Positions 1 through 11,946 of a stretch of DNA of 64,000 nucleotides are shown in pieces. Within the stretch, counting starts at the first letter, position 1. Each line of letters starts with the position of its first letter. Origin of the DNA: Tubiluchus corallicola (Eukaryota; Animalia; Priapulida); NCBI GenBank assembly GCA_030141605.1, contig JAQGDQ010000314.1, forward strand, positions 186,001 through 250,000, written 5' to 3'. Both the position numbers and the translations under genes were made by a program. The notes under the pieces are model-generated. The model was not told the DNA's origin, made no database searches, and saw only the letters and a list, made by a program, of their open reading frames with translations.

Positions 1-1723
1 GCACGTTCGAGGTCTCAGATAAACAATATCAGGCGTTACACATAGTGCCATTTTTATTTTTATTAGTAGGAGAAAAATTCTCCCCACTATTGTCTGCCAT
101 TTCATGGTAGCAACTTGGTAACAAAGAAGCAACGTCAGGCGGCATTTGGTTTGGCGTCACCTGATTATTTCGTGACGTCAAAGCAGTAAAGGGGAAACAA
201 CAGATGCTATATGTACATACAAGATCGTTCAGAAAGGAAAACGTTCCCCAAAGTAACTTGTAACCCTTCATCTTGTTAAATCACTTGTTAAATAGATCAA
301 CATCATGATGTAGTCCAGTTTTTTCTCTTTCCAAAGGGTTAAAACTTCCCTCCAAGGCTCCGCCAAGCGCCGGTAAGAACCTCTTTTCTACACTGTGTTT
401 CGGCAATGAGCAAAACGACCATTCGGAGGTCCGTCACTGCAGTTCCTAGTGGAAAGACGCTTGGTGGGGATCTTAGAGGAAAATTCACAATTCTTCGGAC
501 AGAAATGAAGCCAGGCTACACGATAATGTGGGTCTCCTTTACAAATGCCTCTGCATAAAGGGCTATGAACTGGTTTGGCAGGAAGTTTTTCTGGACGACT
601 CAGTAATTTTGTACGTAGTTATATAGATCTTTTCCTTTAAGCGATGCCTTTTCGAGGGTGTTATCATCTGTTTTTGTGTGACGAGTAAACGTGCTGTTAA
701 TTTTTCAATTGTAGCAAAGTGCATTTACTATTCCACAAATACTTAACATGCTAATCTTTGAATTGCTATTTCCTAACCTGGCTCCATAATTATTACTAGC
801 TTGACTGTGGGTTGTGAAAAACCATTAAATATTCTTTTGGCGCACATATTAACTTGCTTCCACAATAGGTTGTCACTTCTGTCTCTTTATTGTTTTGTTT
901 TTTGCATTCTATAATACTCTGTGTAATGTATTGTATTAATGTACGAATATGTATGAATAAATAATATAATAATTACTAATGAGTATCATTTTGAGCATTA
1001 ATAGATGACATAACAATATTGAAATAAAGCACTTTTGAGTGTACAGTTAAATGTGTAGTAATAGTATATTTGTTTAGCTTCATAAATTTAATACAGTAGT
1101 TAAGATGTTAGTGCACATCATACATAAAATATGAGCAGAGGTGATGAAAGACCATACAGTCACCCATTCAGTTACGACTAGTCAAGCAATCATACTGCTA
1201 GGGAAATAGTAGCTGGATGACTTTGCTGCAGTCAATTTTTTATCTTTCTGAAACATTTATGCAAATTACTGCATAAAAGGTAATAATATAAATTGGTGCA
1301 GTGATTTTCAATAAGCTCTTCTGACATTGATAATACAGCTAGGAAAGTTGTATACAGCATTGTTACATCTGAAATAGAACACGTATTTTTGTTGTTGTAG
1401 GTCACTGTTATCCCTGTTAAGATGCTGTGGCACTTCTCTTAATCAGCTACACTGTTTTTAAAAACACTGCTGATCCATTCTATCAACTTTCAGGCTGATT
1501 TCATTGCTAGACTATTTGGATTAGTCACACTTTTGGCTATCACGAACAGATTTTACAAAAGTATCAGTGATCTTTTGATATCACAGCAGATATCACAGAC
1601 AATGCACATATCAGGCAAAAATTGTTTACAGATCAAGAAAAACATATTGATAATAAAAGCTGAAGTACAACCTGAGTTCGTTCTTTTGTTATTGAGCATC
1701 ATGGAATGTCATCACCTTCTTTA

Positions 1724-4063
1724 TTATTTTTTAATACTTTCTAGATCACTCCACGCCTTTTCCATGACATCTATGACAATTTTGATCCTGTCATTGTCCA
1801 CATTAACATCAGTCACACCCCAACGTCCTGTGAAAGTGGTCTCTGTACTCATCACATTGCACGTGCTGATGCCAACTAAACCCATAAGAGTCTTCGTTGT
1901 TGGAAGGTTGCCATCACGTAAATGTTCTCTTATGGCACTTGCACATTTATCCATTAAGTAGAGCACTGAGACCCCTTCTATGTACTTGTTCTTAAAACCC
2001 TCAAATAAGTTAATGTCAGTAAGGTAATGATGAGGCATACAACCACATTTGCTACACTCAGAAATGTAACTTAAAATATTTATTACATGTTCTTTAGTGT
2101 TACTCCAATCGTGTAAATCCTGGTTTATTTCCCTCTCATGCAAGAAGGCCGTTTTTATTGTGTATGAATCAAGAATATCCCCGGGAAATTGCTTTACTAA
2201 TGAGAAAAGCTTGTACAGGTTTATCCCAGGAAAATTCGTTAGAAAGTCAATATATTCCTTATAAATTTCATCTAACTCATTTTGCACATCAGTGTCAGTA
2301 ATGAGGGAGCCAATATTGTAGATTTTCTCTTTCATTAGTGTCTTTGTGAGTATCATAACATCTTTGCATTCCTGGGAAAGTGCATTGATTTGTTCACTTT
2401 CGGTCAAGCTGCTGCTAATAGTCCATGTAACCTCTCTTTCACCTTCCATAATTCCAGGATCATCGACGGGTTTTGGCAGCATGTTGTAGCGCACATCCAA
2501 ATGCCGACTATTCACACCTGGTGGCTTACCTCCTATTTCTAGTGCAGGTGAAATATCGACAGTTATTTTTAGTTGCTTGTAGAATGAGCCTTTGTAGACT
2601 AGATTGAAAGTGGTGCAAACTTTGTTCCACTCTAATAGACAGTCATCACATTTCACTGGCTGCAGTTCTAGATGTCCTTCTTTATAAACCACAGACACAG
2701 CATTACAAAGTAGATCAACAAATTTGTCTTTTAATTTGATCTGAAGGTAGCCATTGCTCATGTAGGTAAACATGACCATGGAGTTACCTGGATCATGTAC
2801 TTTAATTTTTGCATATCCTGGTTTAGTTGCAGGTTCCGCTGACAGTCCGTTAAATATTGTTCCTGTTAGCACAAAGAAGTAGTCAAATTCGTCTGGCATC
2901 CAACACTTGACACCACATGAACTGCTACCAACTAGAACAGGCTTAACCTCGAAATCTGGAGAGAACTCCTTTATTTTATCGCACACATTATTAATGAAAC
3001 AACCAACAGCTTCTCTAATTCTGTCGCATTCTTCTGAATTCTCCAGTTTACCAAGAGGTAACAAACTGGCTATATTTCTTTCTGTTTTATTTACCAGGGC
3101 ATTAATCTGATTGAGCTTGAAGGTTTCGTCTTGTGTAAAATCATTTTGTACACTTTTTATTTCTGAAAAATGCTGATGTTGATAAAGTGACCCAATTATC
3201 TTCCTCAGGGTCCTAGTGTTCTTGCTTGTTTGTTTTCCGAAGTTTCCCCTTTCAACTAGAATATCCACAGCAGTCTTGCTAATATTATTGACAACACTGA
3301 CATCAATGCTGTGATTGATCAGTTCTTTTACAATCTGAAGATTAAATGGACAGTATAAGCCTACATAGTGCAATGCAGTGTTGCCATCAGCATCTATTGA
3401 CATCACATTTGCAGCATGCTGCAATAAAATATTTACCATATCAGCATGTTCCCATTCAACTGCAACATGAAGAGGAGTTCTGCCAAACTTGTCTTTCACC
3501 TCCAAGTTTGCTCCGCGTTCTATTAGTACGGTCACTACGCCTATATGACCTCTTTCAACTGCAATGTGAGTAGGCATGCGGTCAAGTGCTTTGTCCTGAT
3601 GTCCTCCCATTGCTCCAAATTCCAGTATTGAGTTAAGAACATCAGCTCGCTGCCTGTCATCTGTGTAAAAAAGTGCAGCATGTACAGCCGTGTGACCGAA
3701 TTTGTTTACCACATTTACCTGTGCCCCATTTTTGAGCAGTAATTTCGTGACATCATAGTGTCCAGAGTAGGCAGCTGTGTGCAGAGGTGTGCTTCCAGTA
3801 AAGCAGTCCCTACACTCCATTTGAGCTCCTTTCTCCAGAAGTAAATTAGCAATTTCAATGCGTCCTCTAGCAGCAGCAAAATGGAGAGGCGTACCATCAA
3901 ATTCATCCTTGCAATTAATATCTGCTCCACCATCTAGCAGTGATTTCACCTTGGCAAAGTTTCCATCAAGGGTTGCTACATGTAGCTCAGTAAGTGTCTT
4001 CTCAGTCATGCTTTCCAACTGTTGAGGCGTTAATTCTTCTGTCTTGGTGAAACTTTTGCCCAT
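1724..4063 (-). CDS. Ankyrin-repeat + Mab-21/cGAS-like nucleotidyltransferase (cGLR-type) protein, 779 aa, single coding exon
   Basis: About 7 full ankyrin repeats plus one partial in aa ~25-275 (TPLHFAAARG, TPLHTAAYSG, TPLHVAVEWE, TALHYV). These are followed by the NTase signature VLVGSSSCGVKCWMPDEFDYFFVL, a third acidic residue in ITVDISPAL, and Mab-21 C-lobe motifs DSYTIKTAFLHE and MPHHYLTDINLF. Confidence 0.88.
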   Translation of the reverse strand: MGKSFTKTEELTPQQLESMTEKTLTELHVATLDGNFAKVKSLLDGGADINCKDEFDGTPLHFAAARGRIEIANLLLEKGAQMECRDCFTGSTPLHTAAYSGHYDVTKLLLKNGAQVNVVNKFGHTAVHAALFYTDDRQRADVLNSILEFGAMGGHQDKALDRMPTHIAVERGHIGVVTVLIERGANLEVKDKFGRTPLHVAVEWEHADMVNILLQHAANVMSIDADGNTALHYVGLYCPFNLQIVKELINHSIDVSVVNNISKTAVDILVERGNFGKQTSKNTRTLRKIIGSLYQHQHFSEIKSVQNDFTQDETFKLNQINALVNKTERNIASLLPLGKLENSEECDRIREAVGCFINNVCDKIKEFSPDFEVKPVLVGSSSCGVKCWMPDEFDYFFVLTGTIFNGLSAEPATKPGYAKIKVHDPGNSMVMFTYMSNGYLQIKLKDKFVDLLCNAVSVVYKEGHLELQPVKCDDCLLEWNKVCTTFNLVYKGSFYKQLKITVDISPALEIGGKPPGVNSRHLDVRYNMLPKPVDDPGIMEGEREVTWTISSSLTESEQINALSQECKDVMILTKTLMKEKIYNIGSLITDTDVQNELDEIYKEYIDFLTNFPGINLYKLFSLVKQFPGDILDSYTIKTAFLHEREINQDLHDWSNTKEHVINILSYISECSKCGCMPHHYLTDINLFEGFKNKYIEGVSVLYLMDKCASAIREHLRDGNLPTTKTLMGLVGISTCNVMSTETTFTGRWGVTDVNVDNDRIKIVIDVMEKAWSDLESIKK

Positions 4064-5330
4064 TTTGTTGAATCACGAGTGAATACCATAGATGCTCCCA
4101 GTATTGTATTTGTAAAAACACTTAGTAGACACACTCAAGAGATTCCTCAAGTTCACTCATAAAAAAATCCACTGTGACTTTTACTCCCTTGGGGCCGAAA
4201 TTCAGTCCATATTTCAATAACCTGAAATAAAGTAGTACATATAGTATCAAGAAAATTAGAGCGATTTGCAGCATACATGCACAATATAACACAATGTGAC
4301 ACTCATATTGGTTTTGGCTCACTTTGGCTCAATAATCAGCACTTAAGGCATGGCCTATTGAGTAATATTGACAGTTGCAGCCGAATTAAAACCTCGATCC
4401 TAGATAGATCATTATCAAGGTTACAGCACTTTGAGATACAACACTGAAATGATTCAGTGTGCATTCGCCCTCCTTCATATAAGAGTAAGATATATATATC
4501 AGATGAAATGACCCAAATGTCATTTTCCCATGAAAACCCACCTAACTATTAGCCAAGCTGGTACTACTTAACTTTGCAGCCAATCACATGCTAATCACTC
4601 GGTCTAACATAAAGCTGTGCAAGCTACAAAACAGCAAAAACGTGACAGCTTTTCTACTAAAAAACTTCAATTCAATCACCCGCCATTGCTATCAACATTA
4701 TCATCATCGTTGATCATCATCATCATCACCACCCCAACCATCATCACCAGCATAATTATTATAACGTCAAACCAAAAGTCAATGGCACATCGTATTTTGA
4801 AATTCTAACTCCTTATCTTTTAAAATTGTTACAGGAAGCTGAATAAAATAAAAAAAATCTTGGTGAGGCTTTACACTTGCTAAATACGTTCTTGACGGAA
4901 ATATGAATTCCTCGAGCGTATTTATGCTAATCATCACAAAGATAAGCTACGATGTTACAGTAACCTGTAATAAATAAATCTATGGGTAGTTTGCAGTTTA
5001 GGTGGTTCTTTTTTAAGGCACTCTCACATCGCACAAGAACGACCTACATAATTTCTTTAAATTCTATCACTGTCTGAATAAGGTCACGCAGCTGAATACG
5101 CAAAATTATAGTACTCCCATTACCATGTCTACGTCTAATCACTGTTAGTGTTAGAGACCGAATAGTAGTATTTTTAAATCCCCTACTTAAACTTACCGTT
5201 ATCAGTCACACAAAAAGCAGCAGAACTTTATATAATATTCACTACACAACATACTGGGCAAAACAGTCAAGACTGCGACCTGCCATGATTGGTAAACGCA
5301 AAAAACAAGCTTGTTATACCGCGAGACCAC
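4064..5330 (-). other. Probable spliced 5' UTR of the ANK-cGLR gene: non-coding exon ending at 5197, intron 5196-4222, exon 2 starting at 4221
   Basis: Minus-strand donor AACG|GTAAGT at 5197/5196 and acceptor TTTATTTCAG|G at 4222/4221. The upstream limit of exon 1 is a guess. Confidence 0.5.
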
Positions 5331-5874
5331 TCACTAAGATCAGGTCACTGTGTCAAGTTCTGGCTTCATTCTGTAACGCTTACATGCCGTACAGTAGGGT
5401 AGGGGTGAACATTCTCTACCAGAAAGCGAATTCGAATCGAATTTGTGACTTTCGAGTTTGAATCGAGTTGAACTTCGGTATTTCGAATTCAAATTGAGAC
5501 TGAAAGATTTTCGAACAAGTTTTCGAACCAACAATTAAGATTTGTTTTACAAAGATCATGCATGTTAAAATATTTTGTTCTGCAGTGAAACCACTAATAA
5601 ATAATTTGTTTAAAAATTGTGCACAGAAATCACAGCTAAATTATGCTAATTGCATGATGTCTCATACGCTTTAATGATATAGAACGTATGTGATTGAAGT
5701 TCTGAATTATGCGAATGCATAGTGTTAGTAATCACCCCTTATTACAGTAATATAAGGGGGAAAAGGAAATAAAATGAATCTGAATCTTCGAAACTGTATC
5801 TAAAAATAAAATTTCTTGAATTAACTGTTGCTGAACAAACAAATATAAGGATTGTCTTTTTTGCTGTACCTAAC

Positions 5875-6183
5875 ATGTCGCTGTTCGTGGAAAGCTTTTT
5901 ATTTTTGTTGACTTTTAGCTTTTGTGATTTACATTTCTCTTTGGCAAACGATGATTCCAAAATCTTAGTTACCATAGAAGGAAAGGTGCAGTCACTTAAG
6001 GAGTATTATCCAAATTGGACGCAGGTTACAAAAATTCACGTTGATGGTGGCCACTATTTAGGTTTCTTAAAAGAGGATGGCAGTTTTCAGGTGCAAAATC
6101 TGCCCGCGGGCTCATCTTACGTTTTTGAAGTCATAAATGCTGATTTTGAATATGAACCAGTACGAGTGGATATTAATAGTAAG
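5875..6183 (+). CDS. EMC7: ER membrane protein complex subunit 7, coding exon 1
   Basis: Signal peptide, then IEGKV...TKIHVDGGHYLGFLKEDGSFQVQNLPAGSSYVFEV...YEPVRVDINSK. Phase-0 donor AAG|GTAAGA at 6183/6184. Confidence 0.93.
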
Positions 6184-6559
6184 GTAAGAAATTTCCTGAC
6201 TTAAACAAAAATAGTGTTTTTTAATTTTTATTCGTAAATAATAATAATTATATTAGTTGCATTACAATTATTTGTGTTAGTCCATTTTTAACGGTAAATA
6301 AATAAGGGATGGCTGATTCGATAACTGATGTTTTTCGCCAACCTTTCCAATTTGTTTGGTTACTTAATTTATACTAATCTTCCTTGTTTTTGATTTGGAT
6401 AAAGAAATGAAAGATTTGACTTTGAACTTTAATTGCATTTGTTTGGTTATGTGAAATAATATCTCAGAAGTTATGATATGCCGCACTATTTTAAGTGCAA
6501 GCACTTTTTCTTTTTGTTTCCTGATAACCCAACGTGTATTTCTTTATTGTTCTTTGCAG

Positions 6560-6907
6560 GGCAAGGTTCGTGCAAGAAAGCTGAGCTATATACAAACCCA
6601 CTCGTCACAGGTGCAAACTGTAAGCTACCCACTCCGGTTTAAAATGAAAGGTTCAGCAAATTACTTCCAGAAGCGAGAAACATGGCGGATTACGGACATG
6701 CTGTTTAGTCCGATGGTGTTGATGATGGTTTTGCCAATGCTGCTGCTGTTCGTTCTGCCAAAGATGGTGAATATGAATGATCCTGACACTCAGAAGGAGA
6801 TGGCCAACATGCAAGAGCAAATGCCGCAGCCACAAATGCCGGATATGGCGGAAAAATTAACGAGTTGGCTGGGAGGAGATACCAAACCTAAAGCAAGAAA
6901 AAAGTAA
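6560..6907 (+). CDS. EMC7: ER membrane protein complex subunit 7, coding exon 2 (total ~218 aa)
   Basis: Acceptor TTCTTTGCAG|GGC, in frame with exon 1. Reads GKVRARK...YPLRF...YFQKRETWRITDMLFSPMVLMMVLPMLLLFVLPKMVNMNDPDTQKEM, the TM helix typical of EMC7. Confidence 0.93.
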   Translation, partial: GKVRARKLSYIQTHSSQVQTVSYPLRFKMKGSANYFQKRETWRITDMLFSPMVLMMVLPMLLLFVLPKMVNMNDPDTQKEMANMQEQMPQPQMPDMAEKLTSWLGGDTKPKARKK

Positions 6908-9900
6908 CAAAAAAGAACAATACACTCCTGGTTTTTAAATTTATGGTGAGACTTGTGTATTTATAGTTTGATTATCATAATTGACAGAGACTTATTTTTT
7001 TTACCCAGGCCGCTTATAAGTGTGAAAATATAATATGTAAAAATGTAGCTTATTATAGTATTAAATTTCCATTTTTTTGTACAAATTTATGATTCAGTAA
7101 ACATGCATTATTTTATTTTACTTTGAAAGTCTTACTAAGGTAATTTTTGTATGCTTTCTGGTTTTTTGTTACACTGAGGATTCATTAAATTATACATCAC
7201 AGTTAGCGGTAGGCATTACAGACTGGAAAAATATGTTTACGTATGAAAGTGCCTTTTTGCTTATGCAATACTATGCTCATTGCTCACACAGTGCATAAGA
7301 AATTCTGTGATATTTTTTGTACATAGCAACAAAGTGTTTGTATTTGGATATATATGCATAGGTTTATAATTATTGCAGCCTTAACGTACTACGATATGTA
7401 ACAAAATAGTCCCAGCTTTGATTAGGTGTACCTATTATGAAGACTTGACAATGCTGACTGCTGAATGTCAACCTCTGCACTGTCTTCCAGATATTCTTTT
7501 TGGCAGCTCATGGAAGTTTGCCCTTTTTTAATACAGCTGGAGAGTCCTGTATTAAACAAACTTCGAAGAAAGAAATGCTTCTTATCTCCACAATTAATTT
7601 CTCAGTAAGTTTTCTAACTTGGCATTTTTGTGCGCTTAATAGTTGTACAAAATTGTGCAGCTGGTTGCTTTGATGCTGTGATGGTGTTAGCTTTAGAACT
7701 ATGTGTGTGTTCATCCTGATGCGTTTGAAGTGCCAAGAGCTACTGTGCAACGTATACAGGTACAGTCAAATGCCATTATAACACCAAGTCTGGGACACCA
7801 CTGAATATGGCGTTATAGTGAGGTTGGCGGTAAGGTGAGGTTTATCAAAGCCATTCTGCTGTGCAACCTCTCTTTTGTTTCTTAGTTAATTTTAATATCT
7901 GATAAATAGGTTTAGTATTTTTATGTGTGTGTTAATACATGTGTTATACTGCTCATTTTTGTTGCATTAACAATGCAGATGTAGTTCTACGGTGGCACAT
8001 TGCAAAACTTTTACATAACATGGCGTGTAGAATAATGTGAAATACTGGTAATTATCCAACTTCTGATAAGAGAAATATGGTCCCGTAAGCCAGCCGTGTA
8101 ACATTACTGGACAAATATGACTATAAATAGCCATCGTACATAAGTTGACCTTAAGTCAAAGCAGTAGAAATGACAGCTATTAAATTCACATCAATATTGA
8201 ACCTTACCTATGCAGCTCTTGTACTGTTAAATGCACGCTCCTTGCTCAAAACTTCGACATTCAGTTCCATACAGTCACTAGGTACGAAACCTAAATCTTA
8301 GTTTAAACATCGTAAGTGCTCTTCTGTGCAGAGATTATTGTTTTTACAATAGATTCAATAGACAGCAATTCGTCATGCTTTATCTTGTTGGTGTTATAAT
8401 GGGGTATATTTGTGTAAAATGGACTTTTGGCAAAGCAGATTTATTGACAGATGGTTATTCAATTGTATTTCAAAACTATTTCATTTATTTTAAACCCACA
8501 GAGCATTTAGAAAGGACAGTAAAGCCATTCATATTTGCTCTTTATCCTTTTTTCAATTGTAATAAACAAAAAAGCACAAATTTCATAGTGATATATTAAC
8601 TTTATTTGCTGTCACATTTCCAAATTTGATTAACATTTCCACACCTCAAATACTCCACTTGACTGGTTTCAATTCTTAATTTTAATAAATCCTTAGATCC
8701 ACCACTGTGACAGATTAACAATTTATCATGCAATAATCACAGACAATAATAAATAATTTTCACATCACAATAGTAACATTTGGTCATTTTTTATGATTTT
8801 ATGTACACAAAACATTCATACAAGTGAAAACTGAATAGTACATATGTTGTAAAGTAGTGTGTGCACACCATAATTTGTTAGGCTAATGGGTTTAATTATT
8901 ATATAAATGCTACACCACAGTATTACGCTTATTGTGGTGCCATGTGTATTTTAAAAATGGTAAATCATCACAGGATAAAATGACAAAAGAGATCATTCTA
9001 CATTTTTTCCACAATTACTGAAACAGTAAGTTACACCTAATCTTATGCTGTTTTTACTATTTGTGGCTATAGTTGCCACAGACTATTTGATTATTTCAAA
9101 TCACAAAATCTCAGGCAATTCACTTGTCATACACTGTGTGCATTAAAAGTAAGTACGGTAGCTTCGATTGTCATTCAAATGTCAAAGAATCATAACTGTT
9201 TAAGTGTAGCGCAAATGCAGAAATGTCTGCTATTATCCATTGATAAACAAGTAGCTATAGTAATTAAATACATACAGTCTTGTGGTGTATAATTCCACAG
9301 CATTTAGCTATAACCAAGTAGAGCAAGATTTGGTCTCTCTGAATAAAATAATAATATAGTTTCCAAACAATACCACAAAATTGGAGATTAGACTAAATGA
9401 ACAAGATGTGTCATGATACAGTTAATGCTCTGGCATTTATTGAAACCTCATAGAGTTGTAACCAACTTAACAAATTACATTTTATATCATATTATTAAAT
9501 TTACAAGTCCATGTTTTATTGTCTCCATCGCAAATTCATGACTGTCTGAGAATGATGCTGGATGGGTTTTGTGAATGCAGAATACATAAGACTGTATATT
9601 TGTACACAGTAACTGACAACAATATAGTTAATACATGTATCACTATTTTAATCAGGTAATAATAATTATTTTAATAGCTGGATTTGTTTTGAAAAACTTA
9701 ATCTTGTCATTAAAATCAAATATTTTTTAATAGTCGCCCAGGCCATCAGGCCAATGTGTTCTAATCACCGTGAAATGCTTTTAATTTGGGAGAAATGCAC
9801 TTTAAGTTAGCATTCAATATCATAACAAGACATTAAATGGCTGGTTTTAATTGTAAAATGCTTAAAATGGAGGGGGGAATATTAAATGGACTCAGTAAAT

Positions 9901-11946
9901 TGAATTCAAGTGAATTAGTACAGGATTGTAATAGCATTTTACTGTAAATGTATAAAATAGCATACAGAAGTTAATCTATCTGCTGTCATGCGCTTTGCTA
10001 TGCTAAATTTAATTAACCATGCAAAAGCAAATCTGTCCTACAAGCTTTTCCACCAAATAAAATCAGCATTATATTATATACACTTACAGCAAGAATATAC
10101 TCTAAAAAAGCTGTACTTTTCCTTTATTGAATTTAACAATTATGGTGTTAAAACGTTTTAATAAATTACAGAAAATAATGGAAACAAAAAAATTAACAAT
10201 TACGTAACAATAACATCTACAACGTACACTATATCACATGCACTAAATTAAATGATTTAAGTTCACAGCCTCTATCACGCAGATACATAGACATTACATA
10301 AGTACCAAAAGCGCCAGACGTAACAGTTAAAATGTTAAAATTGTATATTAAAACTTACATGAAACCACTTACTTGCTCGGGTCATTGTTAAAATTTTATT
10401 TCTCCATAATAATTTATAAAATGAAACAAAGACGGCAGCCTATTCATCATTACAAATTGTAGTAGACTATGCCATCTGTTGGCAAGTTGTGTAAACACAA
10501 GCTGAGTGCTTGAGCAAAAACAAAAGCCAGAGAGAAGACATTTTCAATACATTACAATATTTGTTTGGTTACACGCCAGCAGTTAAAAGCCAAACTCAGA
10601 CTACCAGAAACAACGACTGAATAGGTTAAAAATATGATTTGATAACATGGCTCAAATATTTGTTGATTAAAAGAAGCTAAAACAGATAAAGACACGTCAG
10701 TAAATATACTCTATAATCAATAAATAAACTTTTTCAATAAGAAATGATTTATGAAGACGTATAGTAGCAGCACAAGAAGACTAGAAAAAATCTTTGGTGT
10801 AGTTAATGTGCAGGCTTAATCACACATTGTACTGCTGTGATTGAGAATACCAGCAACATCAGAAAAAAAACAGCAAAAAATGGTATTAAAAGTTCTACTA
10901 CGACTAAGCGAACTCCTGAAAGAGAGAGAACTGTTCACAAAACTGCTTACTTTTTAATATAATTCGATGTACTGCAAGTTGGAATTGATGACTCAACAGC
11001 AGCGACCAAGCAGAATGTTGTACAGCTTGACTAGTTTTGTAGAAAAAACTATCACCACTTACTATCATTATATGGTTGTAGAAATGCATTAAACAAACAC
11101 AATGTAGTACAACAGCATGACGATCGAAACTGCAAAATTTCAATAAAAAACGTCTAACAGAACACATAGATTTGAATGTCATACGCGTGAAGAGAGAAAC
11201 TGCTAACCTACATATCCAAAAATACTTCACATGTGTGTCACTCAAGGGCTGTTTTACCATTCAGTTTTTGTATTGTACAACATTGTGCCCACCTCTCTGT
11301 GAGCATGTGCAGCACTTAAATATATAAACAGAAGAGCATCTACAGACTTTGATTACTAAATGTGCAAATTACTATAGTCCAAAAATAGTGGTTTTCATAG
11401 TGAAAAATCTCAAGACACATACTGTCTAGAATGTGCAATAAACACGAAGCTCGTGGATAACTACAAAGCTTAAAACGCTTTTGCAATGGAATGTAAGATA
11501 ACAGCAACGTAGCCATGCGAATAAAATGCTAAAATCAATAAAAATATCAACATCCTTAAAAACTTTGGCATGAGATTTGGACCCGTTTTCTGGGATGCAG
11601 TACTGCTTCCAAGCAAGACTTAGACAGCTAACTTAACCACAAAAAGTCTAGATATGATACAGAACAAACAACAATAAAAGCAAAGCTGCAAAAGTTGTAT
11701 TACACCAACAAGAGCAGAGATGGAGTATTATGCTCAAAGGGGGGAGTTTGGGCATTTACATGTAACATCCAGCCCTTGACTTTCTGGGAGCAAATAAAAT
11801 GAGTAAACTCATGTTTACTGTGAGTGCTAGGCCTGAGTACTCATTAGAAAGTAGTTAGCAAATTCCAACCCGTCTTCTGAAGGACATGCAAAAGTTTAAG
11901 TACTCCATATGCCTGCATGCAGAAAAATAACTAACATCACGATCAG

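Noticed and set aside
400-625. YKCLCIKGYEL EGF-like string and a 50-codon ORF
   Set aside because: The other EGF cysteines and convincing splice sites are missing; likely chance.
1533-3933. Short ORFs overlapping the cGLR gene
   Set aside because: Antisense or alternate-frame shadows of a real CDS with no recognisable motifs.
7760-7850. TACAGTCAAA...TTATAAC, a Tc1/pogo-like terminus
   Set aside because: No matching opposite end found; too short to call.
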